Numbered from the stretch's first letter, positions 53,596-63,384 are shown. The stretch is DNA of 64,000 nt from an uncultured Planctomycetota bacterium (GCA_963737655.1 CAVTTN010000002.1:5024001-5088000); one strand, 5' to 3'. Notes: generated from the sequence alone by a model not told the origin. Numbers and translations: made by a program.

Positions 53596-53686
53596 GTCGG
53601 GTGGCATGCTTACGTCTTCGTAAGCATGTCTTCGGCCAGGCTGGAACCGAAGACATGCTTACGAAGACGTAAGCATGCCACCCGAC
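53596..53686. repeat. Palindromic repeat family A, full doublet
   Basis: GTCGGGTGGCATGCTTACGTCTTCGTAAGCATGTCTTCGG...CCGAAGACATGCTTACGAAGACGTAAGCATGCCACCCGAC. Confidence 0.9.
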
Positions 53687-53747
53687 CCTCTTGCGTTTCG
53701 TCCTCCCGGGGCGTCCCGGCGGCTGACCTTCTTCGTGAGTGGGACCG

Positions 53748-54662
53748 ATGGCTCACCAACCCGAATCGTCGCCCTCGGTGGATGCGGCGGCGATCATCCG
53801 CCGGGCCCGGAGGCTGCGGTTCCGCGTCCGGCCCGAGGCGGTTTCGGCCCTGGCCGGGGCGTATCTCGGGTCTCGTCCGGGGACGGGCTTGACCTTCGCC
53901 GAGCTCCGGGCGTATGAGCCGGGGGACGACGTCCGCCATCTCGACTGGAACGTGACGGCCCGCCAGGGACGGCCTTACGTCCGTCGCTACATCGAGGAGA
54001 GGGCGTTGACGTTGTGGATGGTCGTCGATGTGTCGGCCAGCCTGCGATTCGGCCCCGAGGGGCGGGCCAAGGCGGACCGGGCGGCCCAGGCGGCGGCGCT
54101 CCTGGCGGCGGCGGCGATCCAGGACGGCGACCGCGCCGGCCTGTTGATGGTCAGCGACCGGGTCGAGGCCGAGCTCCCGCCCGACGGCGGAGGCCGCCAC
54201 CTCGCCACGATCGTCCGCTCGCTCGTGGCGACCCCGGCGGCGTCTCGGAGCACGAACCTGGCCTGCGCCGCGACCCGGTTGGGCCGGTCGAGGCGCCGGG
54301 GGCTGGTCGTGGTCCTCAGCGACTTCCTCGGCGCCGGCCCGGCGTCGGCCTGGCGAGGCGTGGCGAGCCGTCACGAGGTCGTCGCCCTCCGGCTGGTCGA
54401 GCCTCGCGAGGAAGTCCTGCCGGACGTCGGCCTGATCGCCGTCGAGGACGCCGAGACCGGGGCGAGGCGGGTCGTCGATTCGTCGTCTCGACGGGTCAGG
54501 GCGGAGTTCGCCCGGGCCGCCGAGCGGAGGAGGATCGCATTCCGGTCCTGGTGCGTGGAGGCGGGGGCCGTCGGCCATGACGTCTCGACGGCCGAGGACC
54601 CGATCGCGCCGTTGTTGAGGATCTTTCGGGGCCGATCCACGAGGAGGGCCTCGGCCCGATGA
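53748..54662 (+). CDS. DUF58 (VWA-like, MoxR-associated) protein
   Basis: GLTFAELRAYEPGDDVRHLDWNVTAR, VDVSAS, LSDF. Confidence 0.9.
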   Translation: MAHQPESSPSVDAAAIIRRARRLRFRVRPEAVSALAGAYLGSRPGTGLTFAELRAYEPGDDVRHLDWNVTARQGRPYVRRYIEERALTLWMVVDVSASLRFGPEGRAKADRAAQAAALLAAAAIQDGDRAGLLMVSDRVEAELPPDGGGRHLATIVRSLVATPAASRSTNLACAATRLGRSRRRGLVVVLSDFLGAGPASAWRGVASRHEVVALRLVEPREEVLPDVGLIAVEDAETGARRVVDSSSRRVRAEFARAAERRRIAFRSWCVEAGAVGHDVSTAEDPIAPLLRIFRGRSTRRASAR

Positions 54663-55150
54663 TCCCGGACGTTTCGCCGGCCCCGAGCCTGCCGCCTCGG
54701 CCCAATCTCGGCCCCGAACCGTGGCCCGAGCCTCCGGCGGGGTCGCGGGAGTGGGTCGCGTGGGCCGTCGCGGTCGCGGTGGTGCTGGTCGTCGTGATGG
54801 TGTGGAGGTGGTCGCGACGACGCCGGAGGCCGATCCAGGGACGAATCCCGGTCGCGGGCGGCCCGGGAGCGGTCTCCGAGGAGCCCGCCCCGGAACGGGT
54901 CGTCCGGCTCTCGGCCGAGGTCCGCCGGGCCCTGGCCGATCGGCTCGGCTCGCCTCTCCCGGCGATGACCACCGAGGAAGTCCTCGCCCGGATGGCCGCC
55001 GAACCGGCCTTCTCGAAAGACGGCCTCGAACCGCTGCGATCCCTGCTCCGGGAGGCCGACCGCGTGAAATTCGCCGGTCGGGTCGAATCCGAAGACGCCC
55101 GAGAACACGCCGAAGCCTGGGCCCGAGACGCCCTCGCGGCCCTCCAGTAA
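54659..55150 (+). CDS. Hypothetical single-TM protein
   Basis: ATGA overlap; TM followed by AMTTEE and ADRVKFAG motifs typical of Bat/DUF58 operon partners. Confidence 0.7.
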   Translation: MIPDVSPAPSLPPRPNLGPEPWPEPPAGSREWVAWAVAVAVVLVVVMVWRWSRRRRRPIQGRIPVAGGPGAVSEEPAPERVVRLSAEVRRALADRLGSPLPAMTTEEVLARMAAEPAFSKDGLEPLRSLLREADRVKFAGRVESEDAREHAEAWARDALAALQ

Positions 55151-55162
55151 ATACACCGTCGT

Positions 55163-55210
55163 GTCGGGCGGGTTTCACCCGCCAACACGCGGCGGCCGAA
55201 GGCCGCCTAC
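55163..55210. repeat. Degenerate GTAG-type REP pair (family F)
   Basis: GTCGGGCGGGTTTCACCCGCC and inverted GGCGGCCGAAGGCCGCCTAC hairpins between convergent genes. Confidence 0.55.
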
Positions 55211-55290
55211 CGATCTCTCCGCCAGATCGCGCGAGGCCAGGGAAAACGAATGCGGAGATGCGGAGGGACGGCTTCGCCGCCGGCGGGGTT

Positions 55291-55311
55291 GGTGCATTTC
55301 CTGCACCCTAC
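55291..55311 (-). repeat. Single REP, family B
   Basis: Reverse strand GTAGGGTGCAGGAAATGCACC, one mismatch to the family B consensus. Confidence 0.8.
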
Positions 55312-56306
55312 GGTCCGGGCGTCGGCGCGATTTCGAGGATCAGCGGCAGGTGGTCCGAGCCGATCTCGGGGCCGAGGTGGCGATCGGTGGCACGGAGGTC
55401 TTCGGAGAGGAAACCGTGGTCGATGGCGATCCGGTACGGGCTGCCGACCGGCCAGCTCCCCTGGCGGCCGAACCCCCTTCGGCTGTCATTCAGCCGGGTC
55501 GTGGCCAGGAAGTCGCGGAAGTGAGGCGAGCCGTCGGTGGTGTTCAGGTCGCCGACGACGATCGTCGATCCGCCCCGGTCGGCGACGGTCTCCGCCAGCG
55601 CGTCGAGCTCGGGGAACCCGGAATATCGCCCCAGCCTCCTCATCGGCGACGACGGATGGACCAGCCAGAGCTGCCTCTTTCGGCCCGCGAAGTCGATCGT
55701 CGCCCGAAGGAACGGCCAGCCTTCGGGCGAGGCGACCCGGGGCGGATCGACCTCCTCGGGCTTCTCGCGGAAGAACAGCGCCAGGCCCTGGGCCCCGGCC
55801 GGATATTCGTAGCGATACGGGTAATCGTCGCGGATCGGCGCCAGGCCGTCGGACCATTCCTCGGCGAACTCGACCACGCCGACCACGTCCGGCCTTTCCT
55901 TGCGGATCAGGGCGATCAACGGGCCGAAGTCCCGATTCTCCACGAACACGTTGGCGACGAGGATGCGGAGTCTCGGGGCCGACGAGGCCGGTCGGGGCCG
56001 GGGCGCGGGGCCGTCGTAGGCGAACACCCGGGCGGCCTGGAACGCGCCCAGGAGCACGAACGCCAGGGCGATCCGGCGATGACGGGCCCACAAGCAGGCG
56101 AACGCCAGGAGGCTCGCCCCCATCGCCGGCTCCTGGAAATGCGCGAGCAAGTCGGCCCGCCAGTCCCACCGGGCCGCCAGGGCCGCCGCGGGATGAATCA
56201 ACGCCGAGGCCACCACGGCCCATCTCAGGGCGAGGAGCCACGACCTCCTGGCCTTCCCTCGTGGCGGCGAGGACTCCGGCGGGGGCTCCGCCCCGGCGCC
56301 CCTCAT
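55308..56306 (-). CDS. Membrane-anchored EEP family protein
   Basis: N-terminal TMs, ILVANV, PDVVGVVE, VGDLN, IDH, GSDHLPL. Confidence 0.88.
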   Translation of the reverse strand: MRGAGAEPPPESSPPRGKARRSWLLALRWAVVASALIHPAAALAARWDWRADLLAHFQEPAMGASLLAFACLWARHRRIALAFVLLGAFQAARVFAYDGPAPRPRPASSAPRLRILVANVFVENRDFGPLIALIRKERPDVVGVVEFAEEWSDGLAPIRDDYPYRYEYPAGAQGLALFFREKPEEVDPPRVASPEGWPFLRATIDFAGRKRQLWLVHPSSPMRRLGRYSGFPELDALAETVADRGGSTIVVGDLNTTDGSPHFRDFLATTRLNDSRRGFGRQGSWPVGSPYRIAIDHGFLSEDLRATDRHLGPEIGSDHLPLILEIAPTPGP

Positions 56307-57412
56307 TTCACCTCGTCGCCGGAGAACGGGACGCCCAGGACGATCGAATGATCGGGATCGACCCGGAGCCGGACCCTCCAGGTCATCGCGCCCTCGGCCT
56401 TCGCCCGGGAATCGGCCTCGCTGACCAGGACCACCCCGCGGCCTTCGCCCGGCTTCAACGCGGCGAACGACTGCCCCTCGATCCTCTGCTCGCTCGCCAC
56501 GGACAGGGGATACATCTCGACGGGCCCCGACGGGGTCTCGATCAGGGTGTCGCACAGGCCGCGATCGGGGTTCCGGACGAACTCCGGGTCCAGGGGGGCG
56601 AACGTCGCGTCTGCCGAGACGTTCTTCAGTCGAAGTTTGAGGATCAACGCGGCCGGACCGCCGTCGCGATGGCCGCCGTCGGGCCGGACCAGGTTCACGG
56701 GACCGGCCTCGACGCCCTCGGGCGTGATCTCCAGCGAACCGACCGTCACGGCGTGGCCGATCGCGACCCGCCGATCGTCGGCCAGGGCGGGCAGGCTCGC
56801 GGCCCTCCTCGCCGGGTCGATCCGCGAGTCATTCGGCAGGGTTGGGGCCGTCGTGGGCCGTTTGGCGAACCCCATCCACAACAGGACGGCCAGCGCGATC
56901 GTCACGGCGCTGGCGTAGCTGCCCAGGAGGACCATCGGCCAGTCGGTCCCGGCCGGTCCGTCGTCGTCGTCGGCGTCGTCCGGGGCGGAGGGGGCGGTCG
57001 CGGTCGGGGAGACGACCGGATGGCCGTCGGGGTCGGAGCCGTTGGCCTCGGGGTCGTCCCGGGCGAAGGCTTCGAGGACCGGGTCGGCCACGGGCGAGGC
57101 CAAGGGGTCGAACTCGGACGAGCCGCCCCCCCAATCCGAGCCCGGCCCGCCGGCCCCGGGGATCGCCGGCTCGTCGTCGCCCACCCCGGGCGGACCGGGC
57201 AGAGGAGGCGCCGCGACTCCTCCGCTTCCACCTCCGCCTCCGCTCCCCATCGAGGCGTATTCCAGCATCAGGTCATCGGCGCAGATCGTCCCCGGAATAA
57301 TCATCTCGGTGGTGTGGGCCACGTCCAGCGAGACGAACGTGTCGATCGGCTCGCGGGGCGAGTCCAGGGGCACGCCCTGGCCGCAGTGGGGGCAAATCAG
57401 CTCCTGGGGCAT
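56303..57412 (-). CDS. Hypothetical membrane protein (N-terminal CxxC, acidic linker, TM, soluble domain)
   Basis: CPHC, LLGSYASAVTIALAVLLW TM, LKLRLKNVS..FAPLD. Confidence 0.7.
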   Translation of the reverse strand: MPQELICPHCGQGVPLDSPREPIDTFVSLDVAHTTEMIIPGTICADDLMLEYASMGSGGGGGSGGVAAPPLPGPPGVGDDEPAIPGAGGPGSDWGGGSSEFDPLASPVADPVLEAFARDDPEANGSDPDGHPVVSPTATAPSAPDDADDDDGPAGTDWPMVLLGSYASAVTIALAVLLWMGFAKRPTTAPTLPNDSRIDPARRAASLPALADDRRVAIGHAVTVGSLEITPEGVEAGPVNLVRPDGGHRDGGPAALILKLRLKNVSADATFAPLDPEFVRNPDRGLCDTLIETPSGPVEMYPLSVASEQRIEGQSFAALKPGEGRGVVLVSEADSRAKAEGAMTWRVRLRVDPDHSIVLGVPFSGDEVK

Positions 57413-58218
57413 CGCGATCGCCTCGCCTCGATCCGGACCGGCCTTTCACGCTCTTCCGGCATCCGCCCGACCCCTCGGGCGCTCGGCGCGGAGAGCCGGC
57501 CATACCATCCTACGTCATCCATCGCCGCAATCAAAGTCTCGGGATCGGAGACATGAGGAAGGACCGCCAGGATCGGCACTTCGGCGCCGAGCCTCCGGGC
57601 CAGCTCGCCCGGGTTCGTCCGGTCGCTCTCGGCGTTCGTCACCGGCTCCGACCCATTCAAGACCACGCCCGCCACGCGAAGCCCCCGACGCAAGACGGCC
57701 TCCACGGTCAGCATCGTATGATTGAGCGTCCCCAACCCGCGACGGGCGACGATCAACACGGGAAAATCGAGGGCGATGGCCAGGTCGGCGACCGTCGAAT
57801 CCTCCGCCAGGGGGCAGAGGAACCCGCCCACGCCCTCCACGACCACGCCATCGCACCGATCGGCCCACCAGTCGAGCGCCTCGAACGTCCGGGCCATGAC
57901 CTCGGAATGCCGGAGGACGCGGCCGGAGAGCCTCGCGGCCACGGACGGGGCGAGGTCGCCGGGAAGGGCGATCGGGGTGATCCGCTCGGGCGGGATGGAG
58001 GCGTCATCCAGGGCCGCGCGAAGGATCGCGGTATCCTCCGAGATCGACGCCCCCCCCTCCCCGATCGCCGACGACGACGCCACCGGCTTCAAAACGGCCG
58101 GACGGCGCCCCTCGGCCCGGAGCCGACGGGCGATCGCCGCGACGACGCGCGTCTTGCCGACGCCCGTATCGGTGCCCGTGACGAAGAGGCCCGAGAGTTC
58201 GTCATCTCTGGGCATCAT
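57397..58218 (-). CDS. bioD: Dethiobiotin synthetase
   Basis: FVTGTDTGVGKT, KPVAS, VEGVGG, LGTLNHT. Confidence 0.93.
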   Translation of the reverse strand: MMPRDDELSGLFVTGTDTGVGKTRVVAAIARRLRAEGRRPAVLKPVASSSAIGEGGASISEDTAILRAALDDASIPPERITPIALPGDLAPSVAARLSGRVLRHSEVMARTFEALDWWADRCDGVVVEGVGGFLCPLAEDSTVADLAIALDFPVLIVARRGLGTLNHTMLTVEAVLRRGLRVAGVVLNGSEPVTNAESDRTNPGELARRLGAEVPILAVLPHVSDPETLIAAMDDVGWYGRLSAPSARGVGRMPEERERPVRIEARRSRCPRS

Positions 58219-58808
58219 GCGTCTATGCCCAAGAAGACCAAACGCACGGCTCCGGTGATCAACCACCAGGCCCCGACGAGGCGGCCCGAGCGATCGATCC
58301 AGAATTTCTCGGCCCTCCAGGCCCCCGTGAGCCACAATGTCAACCAGGCTCCGCCGATGGTGAAGGACACCGCTTGTGCGAAATAATATACAAAAGGTAT
58401 AGAAACACGAACTACTGATGGCATATAGTTTTCATCCTTCGAGAGCTGTCTTTCCGCCACATGTCCCAACAGAATGGCGGCGATTGTCAGGGAGCCGGCC
58501 AGGCAAGCCACGAATCCTGGCTGCCGGCCCAGCCTCCGACCTCTTGGTCGCGGCGATGCGAGGCGAAGGATCACCAGCATCCCCATCCAACAGATGACCA
58601 CGGGGTCGATGAGCTTCCAAACAACGAACACTCCATCCTCTCTGAACCAGCCAATGAGTCTGTCGACAGAGTAATCCCAGGGCACGAATTCAAATTCGAT
58701 CGCGCGGGACCATGAGAGACCGAGGGCCGTGGCGGCGATCAGGAGAATCCCATCGAGCAGGCGGAAGCGACGCGAGGGGTTCCGGGTTGGAGGTGGCATC
58801 GGCGGCAT
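58215..58808 (-). CDS. Hypothetical 5-TM membrane protein
   Basis: FRLLDGILLIAATA, LRLASPRPR..RQPGFVAC, WRAEKFWIDRSGR; AT-richer; ATGA overlap with bioD. Confidence 0.7.
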   Translation of the reverse strand: MPPMPPPTRNPSRRFRLLDGILLIAATALGLSWSRAIEFEFVPWDYSVDRLIGWFREDGVFVVWKLIDPVVICWMGMLVILRLASPRPRGRRLGRQPGFVACLAGSLTIAAILLGHVAERQLSKDENYMPSVVRVSIPFVYYFAQAVSFTIGGAWLTLWLTGAWRAEKFWIDRSGRLVGAWWLITGAVRLVFLGIDA

Positions 58809-58829
58809 CCCCAGCGGAACGGGCAGGCC

Positions 58830-60212
58830 CTACTCGCCCCGGACCCGAGCGACCTCGCCCAGGACCGTCCGAAGGCTGGTTTCCATGATATCCAGCATCT
58901 CCGTCAGTTGCCCTTCGGAGATCGCCAGAGGCGGCATGACGATCAGGACGTCCGCGATGGGGCGGATCAACAGGCCGCGACGCCTGGCCTCCCGGCAGAT
59001 CCTCGCGCCGACCTGCTCCGACCATTCGAACTCGCGTTTGGTCTCGCGGTCGGCCACGAGCTCGATGCCGGCGATCAATCCGCACTGGCGGACGTCCCCC
59101 ACATTCGGATGGTCGCGGAATTGGGCCAATCGGCGGGCGAGTAGCTCAATCTTCGGCTTGAGGTTTTCGAGCGTCTTCTCTTCCTCGAACACGTCCAGAT
59201 TTGCGAGCGCCACGGCCGCCCCCAGAGGGTTCCCTCCGTAGGTGTGGCCGTGCTGGAAGGTCTTTTCCTCGGCGGCCGTCGCGAAGAAGGCGGAGTAAAC
59301 TTCCTCGGTCGTCATCGTGGCCGCCAGGGGGAGATACCCGCCGGTGATCCCCTTCGCCAGGCAGAGGAAATCGGGCGAGACGTCCTCGGTCTGACAGGCG
59401 AACATCTCGCCGGTCTTGCCGAAGCCGACGGCCACCTCGTCGGCGATCAGGAGCGTCTCGTGCCTCGTCGCCAGTTCGCGGAGCCCTCGGAGATATCCGG
59501 GAGGCTGGACGATCATCCCGGCCGCCCCCTGCACCCTCGGCTCGACCACGACGGCGGCGACCTCGCCCGGATGACGCTCCAGGATCGCCCCAACCTCGCT
59601 CAAACACGCCAGCTCGCAGCCGGGCCGCTCCAAACCCAGGGGGCAGCGGTAGCAATAGGGGATCGGCGCGCGGAGGGCCGGGAAAAGCAAGGGCGAGAAC
59701 ATCGCGTGGAAGCGGTCGACGCCCCCGATCGACACATCGCCGATCGTGTCGCCGTGATACGCCCCGCCGAGTGCCAAAAATCGCGTCCGGCGAGGCTCGG
59801 GGTCGGCCTTCTGGTGCCAGAACTGGAAGGCCATCTTGAGGGCCACCTCGACGGCCGTCGCCCCGTCGTCCGAGAAGAAAACGCGGGTCAATCCCGGAGG
59901 CGCGATCGCCACCAACCGCCGGGCCAGCTCGACGGCCGGGCGATGCGTGAGGCCCAGCAACGTCGAATGGGCCACGCGGTCGAGCTGGTCGCGAATCGCG
60001 GCATCGAGCCGGGGGTGACGATGGCCGTGGACGTTGCACCAGAGCGACCCGACGCCATCCAGGTAGCGTCGGCCGTCGGAATCGATCAGGTAAACCCCCT
60101 CGGCCCGGTCGATGACCAGGGGCTCGGAGGCGGCCCAATCGGCCTGGGCCGTGAACGGGTGCCAGAGGTGGGCCTTGTCCCAGTCCCGGAGCGTTTCGAC
60201 GGATGCGGACAT
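58830..60212 (-). CDS. bioA: Adenosylmethionine-8-amino-7-oxononanoate aminotransferase
   Basis: LWHPFT, DGVGSLWCNVHGH, AVEVALKMA, YHGDT, ADEVAVGFG, AKGITGGYLP, HGHTYGGNP. Confidence 0.95.
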   Translation of the reverse strand: MSASVETLRDWDKAHLWHPFTAQADWAASEPLVIDRAEGVYLIDSDGRRYLDGVGSLWCNVHGHRHPRLDAAIRDQLDRVAHSTLLGLTHRPAVELARRLVAIAPPGLTRVFFSDDGATAVEVALKMAFQFWHQKADPEPRRTRFLALGGAYHGDTIGDVSIGGVDRFHAMFSPLLFPALRAPIPYCYRCPLGLERPGCELACLSEVGAILERHPGEVAAVVVEPRVQGAAGMIVQPPGYLRGLRELATRHETLLIADEVAVGFGKTGEMFACQTEDVSPDFLCLAKGITGGYLPLAATMTTEEVYSAFFATAAEEKTFQHGHTYGGNPLGAAVALANLDVFEEEKTLENLKPKIELLARRLAQFRDHPNVGDVRQCGLIAGIELVADRETKREFEWSEQVGARICREARRRGLLIRPIADVLIVMPPLAISEGQLTEMLDIMETSLRTVLGEVARVRGE

Positions 60213-60228
60213 AAAACTTGCATCGACC

Positions 60229-61065
60229 TCAAATGTGCATCAACTCGGCGCCCGAGTTCGACGCTCTTGCCGCCGGTTTCTTCTTTCGAATCCAGACGGT
60301 CGTGCCGGCGCCGGCGGTCAGGGCCCGGCCGGCGTCCCCGTTGACCACGGCGACCTCGACCCAGCCTCCGGAGTTCTCCAGGACCACGAGCGATCCCGGC
60401 GGACGGTCTCCGTAGGTCTTCACCAGGCCGTCGATCTTCTCGCCGGCGACCTCGATCGACCAGGATTCGTTCGGGGCGTCGGCCAGCCTTGAGGCGGGGA
60501 CGTTGGTGACGAGGTTGCCGAAGGCGTCCCGGAAGATCACCTCGCCGACGATCCCGTGATCGTCCGACCGGGGCTCGAAGTTGGCGAGCGTGATGACCTT
60601 GGAGCGCTTCGGGCCGAGGTCGTCGGCCGGTCGGCCCAGGACGAGGTGGGCGGCGGCCGGGGCGAGGATGTCCCGGCCGTGGAAGGTGTTGGAGACCCGC
60701 TCCCGGCAGATCGCCGGGTTGCTGATCTCCCAGATCCCCGAGACCAGCCGCCCCCGGGCCACCCCGCCGAGGAGGCCGTTGTCCGGGGCCACGAACCACT
60801 GGTCGGCGGCGCGGATGGCGACCAGGCGGCGCTCGGTCCCGACCCCGGGATCGACCACGCCGAGGTGGACCGTGTCGGGCGGGAAGGCGTCGATCAGGCT
60901 GGCCATGATGAACGCCCCTTCCAGGACGTTCTGCGGGGCGATGGCGTGGCTGACGTCCACCAGCTGGACGTTCGGCGCCATGCCCAGGACCACCCCCTTC
61001 ATCGCGGCGACATAGGGGCCGTCGCCGCCGAAATCCGTCGTCAGGGTGAGGATGCCGGGTCGCAT
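60229..61065 (-). CDS. SAM hydroxide adenosyltransferase (DUF62; SAM-dependent chlorinase/fluorinase family)
   Basis: TLTTDFG, DVSHAI, VVDPGVGTERR, APDNGLL, SNTFHGRDILAP, DAFGNL. Confidence 0.92.
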   Translation of the reverse strand: MRPGILTLTTDFGGDGPYVAAMKGVVLGMAPNVQLVDVSHAIAPQNVLEGAFIMASLIDAFPPDTVHLGVVDPGVGTERRLVAIRAADQWFVAPDNGLLGGVARGRLVSGIWEISNPAICRERVSNTFHGRDILAPAAAHLVLGRPADDLGPKRSKVITLANFEPRSDDHGIVGEVIFRDAFGNLVTNVPASRLADAPNESWSIEVAGEKIDGLVKTYGDRPPGSLVVLENSGGWVEVAVVNGDAGRALTAGAGTTVWIRKKKPAARASNSGAELMHI

Positions 61066-61102
61066 GGATGAGGACTCCGGGCCGGTCGGTCTGGGGTTCC
61101 TT

Positions 61103-61125
61103 GTCGGGTCGGGTCGGGTCGGGTC
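61103..61125. repeat. (GTCGG)n pentanucleotide repeat
   Basis: GTCGG x4 + GTC in the intergenic gap between queF and DUF62. Confidence 0.6.
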
Positions 61126-61136
61126 TGTGGGGGGGA

Positions 61137-61493
61137 TCACCGCGAGGCTTCGTAGCTCGCCGTGACCTTCGAGGAGATCCCGCCTCGGGGCGTGAACTTG
61201 CCGACGACCGTCATCCGCCTCGGCCGGCTCGCGGCGACGAGGTCGTCGAGGATCGCGTTGATCGAATGCTCGTAAAAGATGCCGCGGTCGCGATACGAGA
61301 AGAGGTAGAGCTTCAGGCTCTTGAGCTCGATGACCGAGGCCGCCGGGACGTACGTGATCACGATCGTGGCGAAGTCGGGCTGGCCGGTCTTCGGGCAGAC
61401 GGCGGTGAACTCCGGGCAGGTGATCTCGACCTCGTACTCCCGCTCGGGGAACTGATTGGGGAAGGTCTCCAGCGGGTGGGGCTGCGGGGGCAT
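61137..61493 (-). CDS. queF: NADPH-dependent 7-cyano-7-deazaguanine reductase (type I QueF)
   Basis: LETFPN, PEFTAVCPKTGQPDF, ELKSLKLYL, F.PRGGI. Confidence 0.93.
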   Translation of the reverse strand: MPPQPHPLETFPNQFPEREYEVEITCPEFTAVCPKTGQPDFATIVITYVPAASVIELKSLKLYLFSYRDRGIFYEHSINAILDDLVAASRPRRMTVVGKFTPRGGISSKVTASYEASR

Positions 61494-61617
61494 CGGCGGT
61501 CTTTCTTTCGGGGCGGGGCGCGTGCACGACCACATTCCACCTTAGACCCCGGGACCGGCGACGGTCAAGACGGGGAAATGGCGGCCAGCATTTCCTCGCG
61601 GACGCCATGTCCCGCCC

Positions 61618-63327
61618 TCACCGGACCGGATCGTCCCGGCCGATCAGGCCGGCGGTGGCCCGGACCGATCGGAACTCGGGGCCGATCGAGCCGGCGAGGA
61701 AGCCGATGCGGAAGAGCCCGAGGAGCTCGGTAGCGCGGTCGAGGTCGGCGGCGGCCTGGCCCCCGTCGCTCCCTCGGCGACGGGCCAGGGCCCGGGCCAG
61801 GAAGGCCTGGCGAGAGGCCGCCTCGCGGCCGATCCGCTCCAGGTCGGCCAGGACGAACGTCCCGGAGTCGGGGAAGAAGCGGCGCTTCACCTCGGCGACC
61901 TGCGCGTTCGAGCGGTCGGCCGGGGCGGCGAGCAGACCGGCCACGGCGTCCGGGTCGTCCCCGAACGCGAGCAAGCCGGGCCGGGCCCCGACCGACCACG
62001 TCCGATCCGGCCCTCGGAGCGTCCAGACCGTCCGGCCCGATCGCTCGGTCGCGACGATCCGGCTCCCCGGGCGGGCCGGGTCCAGCGCCGAGAGGGCGAG
62101 CATGGTCCGGGCCGCGTTCTCGACGGCCGGCGCCAGGCCGTCGGCCAGCTCGACGGCGAACACCACCGGGAACCTCGCGTCGTCCGGGCCCGTCGGCGGG
62201 ACGACGTAGGCCAAAACCCCCGGGCCGATCTTCGGCAGGACGTCCGCCCGGGCGTCCCGGCCCATCAAGAGGCCCGAGGCCGCCAGGAGGGCCGCGTCGA
62301 GCTTCGGTTTGGCGGCCGGGGGGACGAGCTTCAACGCCGCCTCGACGATCGCCGAGACGTTCAGCGAGGTCGAGGCGACGGCCAGGGCGGTCTTGGGGGC
62401 GAGGCTCGCCAGCGACGAGCCCCGGGTGGCCCACGACGACGCCGACGGCGGGAGCTTCGCCGGGTCGATCGCCGCGAACAGGCCCACGACCGGCCCTTCC
62501 CTCCAGAGGAGCGAGAGCCCCGCCGATTCCACCGCCGAGAGGGCCGACCGGACCGCGTCCGGGGCCGGGTCGCCGGGCGTCGCCGAGGCCGCGATCATCC
62601 GTTCGAGGAACCGCGGGTCGATGTACAGGCGCGCGATCGAACCGGCGGGCAGGGCGTCGCGGACGGCCCGGTATCCGGGCGAGGAACCCAGCCCCGGGAC
62701 GGCCGGATCGGCCTTCGCGACCCGGGCGATCAGCTCCTCGGAGTTCGACCAGGCGAACGTCGATCCCTCGACGATCGTGAACCACTCGTCGGGCTTGGTC
62801 CCGGGCCGGAACCGCCGGAGGAAGTACGGAGAGGAGCCGGAGGGCCGCTTCTCGACGACCTCGGCGAGCGTCCCGGAGGCGGTCTCGGCGGCGTTCACCG
62901 AGGCGATCAGCCGATCGAGGAGCCGGCGATCGCGGACCTTCGTGAGCAACAGGCCGCGGGCGGAGTCGGGGCCGCCTCCGGGCGGAGGCGGCTGCAAGCT
63001 CAGGACCAGGGCATCCCCGATCAGCTCATCGCGGGCCGTCGCCAGGTCGGCGCCGAGGACCGATTCGAGGTCGGCCCGCGTCCGCCGCCACGCCAGGCCC
63101 CGGGGCGAGGCCCTCCAGGCGCGGACCGCCTTGAGCTGGAGGAACCCGGCGGCCAGCGGGGACTTGAGGATTTCCCGAGAATGATCGCGGAGGTCTTCCA
63201 CGACCAGGGTCAGGGCCGATCCCGGCGGCACCTTCGCCACCAGGGCATCGGCGGCCGACCCGGCCAGGCAGGCCGAGGCCACGCCGAGCGTCACGAGGGC
63301 GGCGAGGGTCGGCAAGGGCCGCGTCAT
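61618..63327 (-). CDS. Hypothetical secreted protein
   Basis: Signal-like N-terminus, 569-aa Ala/Leu-rich ORF with host codon bias. Confidence 0.75.
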   Translation of the reverse strand: MTRPLPTLAALVTLGVASACLAGSAADALVAKVPPGSALTLVVEDLRDHSREILKSPLAAGFLQLKAVRAWRASPRGLAWRRTRADLESVLGADLATARDELIGDALVLSLQPPPPGGGPDSARGLLLTKVRDRRLLDRLIASVNAAETASGTLAEVVEKRPSGSSPYFLRRFRPGTKPDEWFTIVEGSTFAWSNSEELIARVAKADPAVPGLGSSPGYRAVRDALPAGSIARLYIDPRFLERMIAASATPGDPAPDAVRSALSAVESAGLSLLWREGPVVGLFAAIDPAKLPPSASSWATRGSSLASLAPKTALAVASTSLNVSAIVEAALKLVPPAAKPKLDAALLAASGLLMGRDARADVLPKIGPGVLAYVVPPTGPDDARFPVVFAVELADGLAPAVENAARTMLALSALDPARPGSRIVATERSGRTVWTLRGPDRTWSVGARPGLLAFGDDPDAVAGLLAAPADRSNAQVAEVKRRFFPDSGTFVLADLERIGREAASRQAFLARALARRRGSDGGQAAADLDRATELLGLFRIGFLAGSIGPEFRSVRATAGLIGRDDPVR

Positions 63328-63338
63328 GGTCGAACCGC

Positions 63339-63373
63339 TCCGTTCCGTTCCATTCCATTCCGTTTCGTTCCGT
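63339..63373. repeat. (TCCRT)n pentanucleotide repeat
   Basis: TCCGT TCCGT TCCAT TCCAT TCCGT TTCGT TCCGT in the gap just upstream of start codon 63327 (minus strand). Confidence 0.65.
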
Positions 63374-63384
63374 TGCGATCGGTC

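Noticed and set aside
60229..61065. Fluorinase/chlorinase natural-product locus
   Set aside because: Has the DUF62 hydrolase-type motifs (DPGVG..RR, TFHGRD) and no biosynthetic genes nearby
61494..61617. preQ1 riboswitch upstream of queF
   Set aside because: No recognisable preQ1 stem with an A-rich tail; only a possible sigma-70 promoter (TTGACC-N18-TAAGGT, minus strand, 61539-61568)
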